A DNA stretch of 63,878 bases, the filler included, from Welwitschia mirabilis (lineage: Eukaryota): the NCBI GenBank assembly GCA_051453625.1. It is 4 parts of one record of this genome, joined end to end, with 100 filler letters (N's around TTAATTAATTAA, not from the genome) between each part and the next. Parts side by side here need not be neighbours in the genome. Positions count along the whole stretch, not along the records: positions 43,514 to 59,431 come from JBOZIK010000001.1; positions 59,532 to 63,878 come from JBOZIK010000001.1; 2 more parts are not named here. One strand, 5' to 3'. Both the position numbers and the translations under genes were made by a program. Below, piece after piece: positions 53,129-63,878 of this stretch; within the stretch, counting starts at the first letter, position 1, and every line of letters starts with the position of its first letter. The notes under the pieces were generated by a model. That model did no database searches, was not told where the DNA came from, and worked only from the letters and a program-made list of their open reading frames with translations.

Positions 53129-53907
53129 ATGGACAGCGATATTTTCAGCTCGTTCTATGGCGACACGTCCAGCATCGCGATCGATTGGAAGGAAACGCCG
53201 AAATCACACCTCATTCAGGCCTATCTGCCTGGTAAGTCCATTTTTCTTTTCCTTTTCATCAATTGATCCTTTTCATGATTTTTTCTTCTTCATAAATGGT
53301 TCCGTATCGCCGTTCTTTCTTTCAGATCGCTCCTTGCGTTTCTCGCTTCTTTCTTTATATATGATTTCGTGTGGCCATTACTTTGTCTTTTCAGTCATTC
53401 CATTTCGCGGTTCTTTCTTCTTCATCAATAGTTCCGTTTGGTTTTTCTTTCGTCTCTTCGATCATTCTGCCTCGCGATTCTTTTATCCCGGAGTGTGTTT
53501 TTCAGAAATATTTGGCGGAATTCGCAGGACTGAAAAGAGAAGACGTGAAATTGGAGGTAAGCAAGGGAGTAATGGATATCAGCGGGAAGTATCCCAAGGA
53601 GGACGAGGAAAAAGAGGGCGATAGTGTGATGTGGCACGTGAGGGAGCGAGCCGTACACGCGGCGGCCAACGGGGTTTTGAGCCGGAGGGTGACTCTGCCG
53701 TCCGACGCTGACGTGGAAGCGATGAAGGCGTCGATGAGTAACGGGGTGCTGACGGTGACGGTGCCGAAGAAGGAGCCGGTGAAGCCGCGGTCGCGGCGCG
53801 TGGACATCGAGGAAGGACACCGCGAAGGGCTTGGCAAGAAGATTGTGAAGTCGATTAAAGGAATAATTTCTCCGAAAGACAAAGATCAACACCCCCAAGA
53901 CAAATGA
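53129..53907 (+). CDS. Small heat-shock protein (HSP20/alpha-crystallin domain), 2 exons: 53129-53231 and 53528-53907, 160 aa
   Basis: Exon 1 MDSDIFSSFYGDTSSIAIDWKETPKSHLIQAYLP-G, GTAAGT...GCAG phase-1 intron, exon 2 GLKREDVKLEV...WHVRER...SRRVTLPSDADVEAMKASMSNGVLTVTVPK. CpG-rich and intact, with HSE/TATA promoter. Confidence 0.93.
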
Positions 53908-54089
53908 TCTGGTTTTCAGGTGCTTTGGTGTGAAGGGGTGTTTTGTATTTTGGGGATGTGTATTTGGTGTGGTGTGTTTTGTTATGTTTTATAGGATGGC
54001 CAATTATTGCATTGTAAAGTGGGGAATGGAGCTTCCAGGAGGGGAGAAGTAAAACGGTGCTGTATAGCCTCTGGAGAATGCAGAGCTTG

Positions 54090-54095
54090 AATAAA
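54090..54095 (+). terminator. Putative polyadenylation signal of sHSP
   Basis: AATAAA after a GT-rich 3' UTR and before T-rich tracts. Confidence 0.5.
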
Positions 54096-55720
54096 AGTGA
54101 TTTTTGTTTTTTAAAACTTATGTCACTATGGTTTCTCTACGCTTTTTTTTTTTTTGTTTTTTCTGGGTAAAAATGTGGGAATGTAACGCAAAGCGAAGAA
54201 GTTATCCTTTCTTAGGCCTTCAAATTTTTCAGGAGCATCCACTAACTGCCTGAGGGATTGGAAAGTAAACATTATGTTGCGATATCAATCTTCAAATTTT
54301 TTATGATGGTATGGGCTATTTTATTTACTTGGATCACTTAAATGGAAAATTTAATTAAGGCCTTAAAAAGTTTTCGTGAGGTTTAATATGAACGTAGAGT
54401 GCCTTTAAGCGAACGTGATGTATCGAATAGCCTTGGGTAAGGCATTTGAATGTTACATAGACGTTTTAGCTTTGGGTAAGGCACTGAAATGTTGAGTCCA
54501 CAATTGCATCAAGTATGCATTAATGATTTCCACCCTATTGGAGAGAGTACATATTTTAGTATTAATTATATTTACATTTACATTTATTATTGACTTAAAT
54601 CTAATTGAGGTTAAAGAGTTTTTAAATTACATTATCTGTATGGAATACTATGTTTAGGAATCCTCCTTTTGTTGGTAAAGTGTAGACTACTTTGTGTAGA
54701 ACCTTTCTTCTGTTGGGAGGCTACTTTGTTGAGGAATCTATCTTTTGTTGATGGTTGATCGCATAAGAACGCTCCGTCGTTGATGGTAAATTATCTTACA
54801 TTAAAATCTGCCTGTTATTAATGAGTTGAAGTAGCAACTTTTTATTTTGTTGATGCGTGTGAGAGAAAATTCTGTAAGCATTTTTTATGCTTGGAAGTTC
54901 AATGGATTAGTTTAAAGATAACCATATACCTTTAACATGGTTGGTTTGGCCATTAATGTGTATGCAAATTCAATGGAAAGTGCTATGGTACGTGAAATGA
55001 AAGTGCTTATAAGTGAATTATTATATGTTTATAAGTGAAATTATAATATGTGAGAGCCTAGGTGAAATAATATTTTCATGAACGAAAAGAAAAAAAAGAA
55101 CAATGTTCTTGTGTGCAAATTTATGGAATTGAATGCTCAGAACGTTTGGCAATAATAAATGTGATACATGTTGAAATGCATATTATTTTTCACAAGTTTA
55201 TTTCGTTCCTCTAATATTATTGTATGTGTATTATGTTTCTTAAAAAAATGATAAAACAAATGTTAGCTTTTCAAGTTGTATGTTTTTATTTCTTCTTACG
55301 AACTTTTACGTGATGCTTTTATTTTTCTCACCAATGTTTATGCTATGCTTACACATATTAATTTTTTATTGGATATTAGTATTTCAAGTTACCATTTTAT
55401 GTAACCAATGTCTGAAATTTTCTACACGAGCTATGTCATGCCAATTGATATTATCAAAAATTATCTTATTTTATGTTATTTTTAGTACATAGGAATCCAT
55501 TGAACCGTAAAAAAGAGTTATATTAGTAAAAATCAGGAGTACTAAATTATACTTCACAAAGTGGAAAGTAAGCAAGTACTATACTAGCATAAGCCAAAAA
55601 AGATAAAAAAGGAAACCTTCAATGTAGATTGTAGATGCTTATGTGGAGATGTGGTTTCATCAGTAATAAGATTTATGAGGATCCACGTTTGTTTAATAAT
55701 GAATATTCAGATAAACATTT

Positions 55721-55825
55721 ATATAATATTGCAACACTTTTCAATATTAAATAAAAGTGAGAGGAAGCTACATATAATATTGCAACACTTTTCAATATTA
55801 AATAAAAAGTGATAGGAAGCTACAT
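55721..55825 (+). repeat. ~51-bp tandem duplication
   Basis: atataatattgcaacacttttcaatattaaataaaa(a)gtga(g/t)aggaagctac occurs twice. Confidence 0.9.
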
Positions 55826-57069
55826 ACGATGAAAAACTTGATTGTAGTACTATATCCAAATTAGGAATGACAGAAGAACCAAAAAAAAAATCATCAAACA
55901 GGGTGATAGTGAAAACTTTAAATCATCAGCCTACCTAGTTTTAAGCATGATAAGCAAGAGTGCAAGGATGCAACACCAAAAGAAAGGGTTAAAACTATAA
56001 GGGCCATGATATTGTGGGCAAATAGAATTAGATAGACCCAAATGATATAGTTTCCAACCAATAGCAAGCCCATGAGGAAGTAAATATCAAAAGAAATGCT
56101 CAATCTTGTGAAGAGTTGAAAGCTTCAAAATTTGATTAAAAATGCTCTGTAAAAAATGTAGAGACTCAGTGTGGTTTCAAAGATTATTGTGGTAATGGAC
56201 TAAATGACCTAGTAGATGAAGTAGAATGAATGGAATTTAAGGTTTATAAGGCCAAACAGGGTAACCATTTGTACAACAAATCGCTTCAAACATTGAATGA
56301 AGAGAATTGGTGGCAATGACACACTATTAAAGATAATGCAAAAGTTTGAAAAAGCAAACTTGCATAGTTGGAGAAAAGCTTTATAAATGGATGAAAGCCT
56401 CCCACTAAAGCCAATCCCCATGTAAACCAAGATAACTAAATGAGACAGCTCCATGGGATATTTCTAGGGTACTTGGGTTTAGAAGGAGCTACTAAAATGA
56501 GATTTGTGCAACACCTATATGAGAAATGTGAAAGTAATTCTTGTGGATCATTGCACTTATATGGAAGTAGTGAATGAGTTTCCAATAAAACATTTTATGC
56601 CAATAATGAAATTCCACAAACAAAAATACATAATATGGAAACTAAAAAGATGCAGAAATAGAACTCTTACTAGACAATGGGGTTTTCCTACTTGGGTAGT
56701 TCATATGCAGAGGGTTTCACACCTGTAGATTGCGTTCCTTTCATAGAAGCAAGGTTTGAGGCGTAACACTAACCTTACAAAATACTATGATTTAGAGCTC
56801 ATTAATAATATTACAATCAATCAGTTGTTTTAGGCTTATCACTAACTTTACAACCAAGTAGTCTCTCTCAAAAGAGCACATAGAAAGCCTCACAGGCCAC
56901 AATTACAAATTACAATCTCGAACAGGATCCGACAACACAAAGCCTTACATGGATTAAGATAGAATGATTAACTAGATGTGGAACTAATGTAGATTCTAAC
57001 AAAATTGCATTTTTACAGATACAAAATAATAAATTTGTGAGGAAGCAAGCTAAAATGAAAATGTATAAT

Positions 57070-59431
57070 TGTTGCGATGCATATTTGTGCAAGTTTTTAC
57101 ATTCAAAGAGATCCTGTCATTTATAATCAAAATAGATATCTTACACAATACATCACATTAGTATAGTGGGAGTAGAGCTGAAATTTCATATTCTTGTTGA
57201 AGTTTATAAGACTTAGGTTGCCTTGTAAAAGAAACTAGGAACAAAAAATAGATAATAATGCAAGAAATAAAAGTAAAAATGCAATATGCAATCTAAACTA
57301 ACATGCAATGCAAAAATAATTCTAACTCCACTTGCTTTCAGCCTTAATAAAGGCTATCCTTGATGATCTATGTCACCAAAAAAATTGTCACCAGATTAAG
57401 GGCAATCATAAACCATAAAGGTATTCAGAAAACCTAAGATGCAAACACGAAAAAAAACAAAGTTTTATATTAAAATAGTAACAACATCTGGGTTACAAAA
57501 TAGTCGAGTCTTAATGGAGGATACACAGTCTTAATGGAGGATACACAGCCCTCCACCAAGTGCACGTTTTTCTGAAACACATGCAGATGGATCTTCTGCC
57601 CTTCGACCTCCTATCACGAGAATTTTCGGTGCTATGAAAATGAGAAGGAGAGTCGAAGGCGGGTTTATTTATAACAACATACAACAGAAAAAGACAAATG
57701 GTAGGTGCGGTTAGGTGTGCTTATAAATGACTCAGAAATGGACGAAACAGTTATGCTTCGGTGTCAGAGTCGGTTACATGTTAGTGTCGTCCGGGCTATA
57801 GTTCGAACGACAACGGGGACGACAGCACATTATAAAATATTGTTAAAATAATGACTTAGTAGTCCACATCAGCAGTCGTCATCCTGCCTATCATAGGGAT
57901 GACAAAGGGGACGACGGTCTTCTTTTGTCATTTCCTTAAAGAGAACTTAGCATTTTTGTCATTAGTCCTTCTTCAAAGCTCTGTGCATCAGAAAGTGCCT
58001 TTAATACATCAAATTTGGATAAGAATCGCACTTTTCTGAGATNNNNNNNNNNNNNNNNNNNNNNNNNNNNNNNNNNNNNNNNNNNNNNNNNNNNNNNNNN
58101 NNNNNNNNNNNNNNNNNNNNNNNNNNNNNNNNNNNNNNNNNNNNNNNNNNNNNNNNNNNNNNNNNNNNNNNNNNNNNNNNNNNNNNNNNNNNNNNNNNNN
58201 NNNNNNNNNNNNNNNNNNNNNNNNNNNNNNNNNNNNNNNNNNNNNNNNNNNNNNNNNNNNNNNNNNNNNNNNNNNNNNNNNNNNNNNNNNNNNNNNNNNN
58301 NNNNNNNNNNNNNNNNNNNNNNNNNNNNNNNNNNNNNNNNNNNNNNNNNNNNNNNNNNNNNNNNNNNNNNNNNNNNNNNNNNNNNNNNNNNNNNNNNNNN
58401 NNNNNNNNNNNNNNNNNNNNNNNNNNNNNNNNNNNNNNNNNNNNNNNNNNNNNNNNNNNNNNNNNNNNNNNNNNNNNNNNNNNNNNNNNNNNNNNNNNNN
58501 NNNNNNNNNNNNNNNNNNNNNNNNNNNNNNNNNNNNNNNNNNNNNNNNNNNNNNNNNNNNNNNNNNNNNNNNNNNNNNNNNNNNNNNNNNNNNNNNNNNN
58601 NNNNNNNNNNNNNNNNNNNNNNNNNNNNNNNNNNNNNNNNNNNNNNNNNNNNNNNNNNNNNNNNNNNNNNNNNNNNNNNNNNNNNNNNNNNNNNNNNNNN
58701 NNNNNNNNNNNNNNNNNNNNNNNNNNNNNNNNNNNNNNNNNNNNNNNNNNNNNNNNNNNNNNNNNNNNNNNNNNNNNNNNNNNNNNNNNNNNNNNNNCTA
58801 AGCGAAATGCAATGCTGAGCAATGTCAGATTTGAAAAACATAGAAAAAATGAAATATTCTCACAAGTAAAGAACAAGAGTGGACAATAAAAAATTTTTGT
58901 CACAAAAAAAATCATGAGTAGCACTTACAACACCAAAAAAACTGAAGAAAACACTTATCTAAGCAAGAAATTATCTTCTATTGAAAACTTGAACAAGGAA
59001 AACATGCTAAGAAAATATGGTAATGACTTTGAAATAACTAACCAAACCACAAAATAAAACAAGAAGAATGGGCATAAGATAATATAAATAAAAGATAGCT
59101 TACCGATCTATTATTTTAACCTAGCAGACTCTCATGAAAGAAATCATAATATCACTTGATATGAAAAATGCATAACTTGATGTACCAAAATTCTATTTGA
59201 TAAGGTAGTGATTATTACGATGCTAGAGTAAAATGCTTTGAACGATGAATGATCAAACCAAAGAATTGCTCAAAAATGAACTCTCCTATCGTCATCTCAA
59301 AAACAAACACCCAAATCTCAAGAAATAAAATGATTATGTGGAAAGACTAAGAGTCTAGGAAACAGGCAATGCCTCTGATAACACCAGGAACACCACTGAT
59401 CCCATAGCCTCAAAGTTTGAATACAACTTTG
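57070..59431 (-). mobile_element. Athila-like 3' LTR (57070 to ~58042) and 3' internal region across a gap
   Basis: LTR ends ...ATGCATCGCAACA on the minus strand and retains CpGs; 59100-59431 is collinear with 15970-16300 and 19990-20325. Confidence 0.78.
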
Positions 59432-59521
59432 NNNNNNNNNNNNNNNNNNNNNNNNNNNNNNNNNNNNNNNNNNNNTTAATTAATTAANNNNNNNNNNNNN
59501 NNNNNNNNNNNNNNNNNNNNN

Positions 59522-62500
59522 NNNNNNNNNNAACATCTGTATTCGATAGAAAAACTTTTTGAATAACATAGTCCTCTACCTATCATCCCCATGATAGATG
59601 GGACAACATTCCAACTTAACACTTGTAAGCTCAAGAAGTTACCCAAAGGTCTAAAATATATATTCTTATCTGAGAATCAAATGAAACCTCTGATAACTAG
59701 TGACCTTATTACACCTCAACAAGAATCGGATTTGATATTTTTGTTATAATCGAATAAAAATGACTTTGCTTGGACATATAAATACTTAGATGCCATTCCT
59801 CTTTCCATTGTTGNNNNNNNNNNNNNNNNNNNNNNNNNNNNNNNNNNNNNNNGACAACCCCAAAGAAGATTAAATCTAGTCCTTAAATAAATTGTTAAAA
59901 ATGAAATTATTAAACTTATGGATGATGAAATTATTTATGCCATAGCAGATAGTGAATGGATTAGTCCTTTAATAGTAGTGCTAAAAAAGGGAGGAAAATG
60001 GAGGATGTGCATTAATTCTAGAAAACTTAATGAAGTTACTAAAAAGAATCATTGTCCTTTATCCTTTCTTGATTAAGTTCTTGANNNNNNNNNNNNNNNN
60101 NNNNNNNNNNNNNNNNNNNNNNNNNNNNNNNNNNNNNNNNNNNNNNNNNNNNNNNNNNNNNNNNNNNNNNNNNNNNNNNNNNNNAACTTAATGAAGTTAC
60201 TAAAAAGAATCATTGTCCTTTATCCTTTCTTGATTAAGTTCTTGATAGAATCCAAGGTTATGCTTATTATTGTTTTCTTGATGGGTATAGTGGCTATAAT
60301 CAAATTTGTATAGCAAGCAAGAACCAAGCTAAAACCACCTTCATATCTCCCTTTGGAACCTTTACTTTCAAAATAATGTCATTTGGACTTTGCAATTCCC
60401 TTAGAACTTTCTAATGAGCGATAATGGGAATATTTCCTGATACGATAAAAGACTCTATAAAAATNNNNNNNNNNNNNNNNNNNNNNNNNNNNNNNNNNNN
60501 NNNNAACTATGCTAAGATTAGGAAAAGTCCTTGATAAATGTATTGAAATTGGATTGTATTTAAGTTGGAAAAAGATTTTTTTCCTTATTCAACACGAGAT
60601 TGTTTTGGATCACCACATTTCAAAGGAAGAGATTAGGATGAACCCCACAAAAGTAGATATCATTAAAAATCTTAACCCTCTAACAAATATTAAACAAGTT
60701 AGGCTTTCCTTGGCCATGCAGGATTTTATTAACAATTCATCCATGACTATCCCAAAACTTGTAAACATCTTCACTCTCTTCTTGAAAAAGATGTTAANNN
60801 NNNNNNNNNNNNNNNNNNNNNNNNNNNNNNNNNNNNNNNNNNNNNNNNNNNNNNNNNNNNNNNNNNNNNNNNNNNNNNNNNNNNNNNNNNNNNNNNNCAA
60901 TTCATCCATGACTATGCCAAAACTTGTAAACCTCTTCACTCTCTTCTTGAAAAAGATGTTAAATTTGAGTGGTCTCAATTATGCAAAATTTCTTTTAGAA
61001 TTCTTAAAGATAAAATCTCTTCCGAACTTATTGTCATAGGTCATGAATGGAATAAAGACTTTAAACTTATGTGTAATGCAAGCAATATTGCTATAGGGGA
61101 GGGTTCTCAGCCTAAAATATGAGAATGAATTCAAAGTCATCTCTTACCTTAGCAAAACTTTGACTAGTTCCCAAACCAACTACACTACCACTGAGAGAGA
61201 AATGCTTGCTATCATNNNNNNNNNNNNNNNNNNNNNNNNNNNNNNNNNNNNNNNNNNNNNNNNNNNNNNNNNNNNNNNNNNNNNNNNNNNNNNNNNNNNN
61301 NNNNNNNNNNNNNNNATCTCTTACCTTAGCAAAACTTTGACTAGTTCCCAAACCAACTACACTACCACTGAGAGAGAAATGCTTGCTATCATTTTTTGTC
61401 TAGATCATCTTTGATACTATCTTCTTGGGTTTCACATCAATGTCTACACAGATCATGCCACCATCTATTATCTCATGACCAAGAAATATTCTAGTTCTAA
61501 ACTTATTAGATGGATCCTTTTAATGTAGGAATTTTTCTTACCATCATTAATAAGGCTAGAAAACATAATAGTGTGGCAAACCATCTTTCTGGACTTACTT
61601 GCTCCACTAATAAAAATCCTATTAATGATTCTTTTCCTGATGAGAAACTCATCATAATTAAACAAATGTATTCTATCTCTTCTTCTTAACTCACTCCTTG
61701 GTATGCTAACATTTTCAATTATTTTATAACTATAAAAACCCTACAGCATTAAAATCAAAATCAATGAAAAACTTTTCTCCATAGGATTGGTGACTACAAG
61801 TGGAATAAGCCACATCTCTATAGACATTGCAAAGATCAAATTATGCATAAATGTATGCTTGAATGGGAAACTTTGAAAATCTTAACACTTTGCCATGGTG
61901 GAGTTTGTGGATATATTTTAATGGTCAAAAGACCATCATGAAAATTCTTCACTCTAGGTTCTATTGGACATCCCTTTTTAAAGATTCTTTTAACTTTTCT
62001 CAGAAATGTGATACTTGTCAACGTTATGGTAGCCTTACTCATTCTCATGATACGTCACTAAAACCTATACTTGAATGTCAACCTTTTGATTGTTGGGGAA
62101 TAGATTTTGTAGGACCAATTATTTCACTTTCCAATGAGAAAAATTATATTTTAGTTGCTATGGACTATGTTACCAAATGGGTTAAAGTTGTTCCTACCTT
62201 TAAAAATGATGCCCAAACTATTTGTAACTTTATTAGAACTTATATCTTTCAATAATTTGGATTTCCACATATTATCATTAGTGATTAAAGTATACATTTC
62301 ATTAATCACCTCTTTTGAAAACTTCTTTTACCCATTGGTGTTAAATATCGAGATGCTTATTCTTATCACCCTCAAACCAATGGTCTAGATGAAAACCTAA
62401 ATAGAGAGATCAAGAAAATGCTTCAAAAATTAGTTTCAGTTAATAAGAAGACTTGGTACTATAAAATTAATGATGTTCTTTAAGCTTATTGTACTACTTG

Positions 62501-63878
62501 GCATAACTCTCTTAGTTTCACACCCTATAAACTTGTGTACGGTAAGTATGTGTGTTACCAGTTGATGTTTTTTATAATTCTTATTATTCCACCCATTAAC
62601 TGAACCTTACTGACCTCAATAAAAATCTCAAAATTTACCTAGTATAGCTTAACCATCTTAATGAAAAATGTACTCATGCCATACATCATCAACTTATTCA
62701 CAAGACTCGAGCTAAGTTTTGATATGATAAAAAGGTTATTCATAAATAGTTTGAACCTGGCCAATTTGTCTTGTTGTATAACACCTAAGTACACCTCCTA
62801 CACAACAAGTTAACTTCTAAATGGTTAGGCGCTTATCTTATTGAGAAAGTACACTCAAATGGCTCAGTTGAGATTTCCAATTTAAACATGAAAGAAATCC
62901 AAAAAGTTAATGGACAACGGTTAAAAATCTACAAATCATTTTCTGATGAAACCGTGNNNNNNNNNNNNNNNNNNNNNNNNNNNNNNNNNNNNNNNNNNNN
63001 NNNNNNNNNNNNNNNNNNNNNNNNNNNNNNNNNNNNNNNNNNNNNNNNNNNNNNNNAAATAGTTTAAACCTGGCAAATTTGTCTTATTGTATAACAGCCA
63101 AGCACACCTTCTACATAACAAGTTAACTTCTAAATGTTTAGGACCTTATCTTATCAAAAAAGTACACTTAAATGGCTTAATTAAAATTTTTGATCTAAAC
63201 ACTAAATAAATCCAAAAAGTCAATGGATAAAGGTTAAAACTGTATGAGTCATTCTTTGATGAAACCTTGATCATAATAAAAGCACTTGTTTTGGAATCCC
63301 TTCTCCAATAGGAGGACCTTTCTTTTTCCATTATCTAAATTCTTTCTTAACTCATTCCTTTGGTTAACATCATGTTCTCACTTGAACATTTTTAACTTGA
63401 CATCTGTATTTACTTATAAAGTTTCTATGATGAGTGATATTTTACTTTAGGCATTTACAATGATAAAAATTGGCTTAATCCNNNNNNNNNNNNNNNNNNT
63501 GTCTATCAACTTCATTTTATTGGAAGATGCCTTAATTCTTTTATTATCTTTCAATAATGTAAGTAATTAGTTATTTTTTTTATGGGATCTTATGTTGTTA
63601 CTCATATCATTTCTTTACTTTTATCCTTACAAGTATTTGATCATGTGGAATGATACTCATCTTCAAAGAAAGAAAGAAAGAAAGAAAAAAAAAAGAAAAA
63701 AAGAGAAAATAAATGAAAATAAAACATCATGCTCTTTCATGTTATATCCTTACACACATGGTAATCATGATGTCCTATTATAAGCACACTAGGGTAAATT
63801 TTCCCAAGAGGAGCTTTTGGTAGTGCGATATGATAGCTATGAGAACTCTACTTGGGGGTCAGTCGGCCATGCTTTATG
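59522..63878 (+). mobile_element. Athila-like gypsy pol relic (RT, RH, INT) and 3' region, fragmented by gaps
   Basis: IYAIADSEWISPL, WRMCINSRKLN, FLDGYSGYNQI, NYTTTEREMLAI, PFDCWGIDFVGP, DYVTKWV, AYSYHPQTNG, KVNGQRLK. A second, diverged integrase end sits at 63057-63330. Confidence 0.9.

Noticed and set aside
53425..53898. Antisense ORFs over the sHSP
   Set aside because: Expected by-product of GC-rich coding sequence; no recognisable motifs.
53371..53907. 178-aa single-exon ORF as the sHSP
   Set aside because: Non-ATG start inside the intron; the DWKETP/LPG strand is supplied by exon 1.
55850..57069. Possible decayed coding sequence or LTR
   Set aside because: No recognisable domain and no partner copy in the window.
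60025..61394. Direct repeats flanking gaps (60025-60084/60185-60245, 60732-60797/60898-60962, 61139-61215/61316-61392)
   Set aside because: Unmerged contig overlaps around 100-N gaps, not biological duplications.

Overview
AT-rich, gap-ridden land-plant nuclear scaffold, mostly nested and decayed retrotransposons whose stop codons largely look like C>T deamination of CAA/CAG/CGA. One intact host gene is visible: a two-exon small heat-shock protein (HSP20/alpha-crystallin domain, 53129-53907, +, 160 aa) in a CpG-rich island with heat-shock elements and a TATA box. The rest comprises: SIRE-lineage Ty1/copia elements with gag-protease and an extra 3' ORF but no INT/RT/RNase H; several Athila-like Ty3/gypsy copies (tRNA-Asp PBS, TGTTG...CAACA LTRs, an extra 3' ORF behind a putative intron); a Tat-like gypsy pol relic; a 5'-truncated LINE just upstream of the sHSP promoter; three kilobase-scale inverted repeats; and a young 139-bp tandem array. 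TTAATTAATTAA linkers in gaps and gap-flanking duplications are assembly artefacts. Everything was read by eye, so boundaries of decayed elements are approximate.
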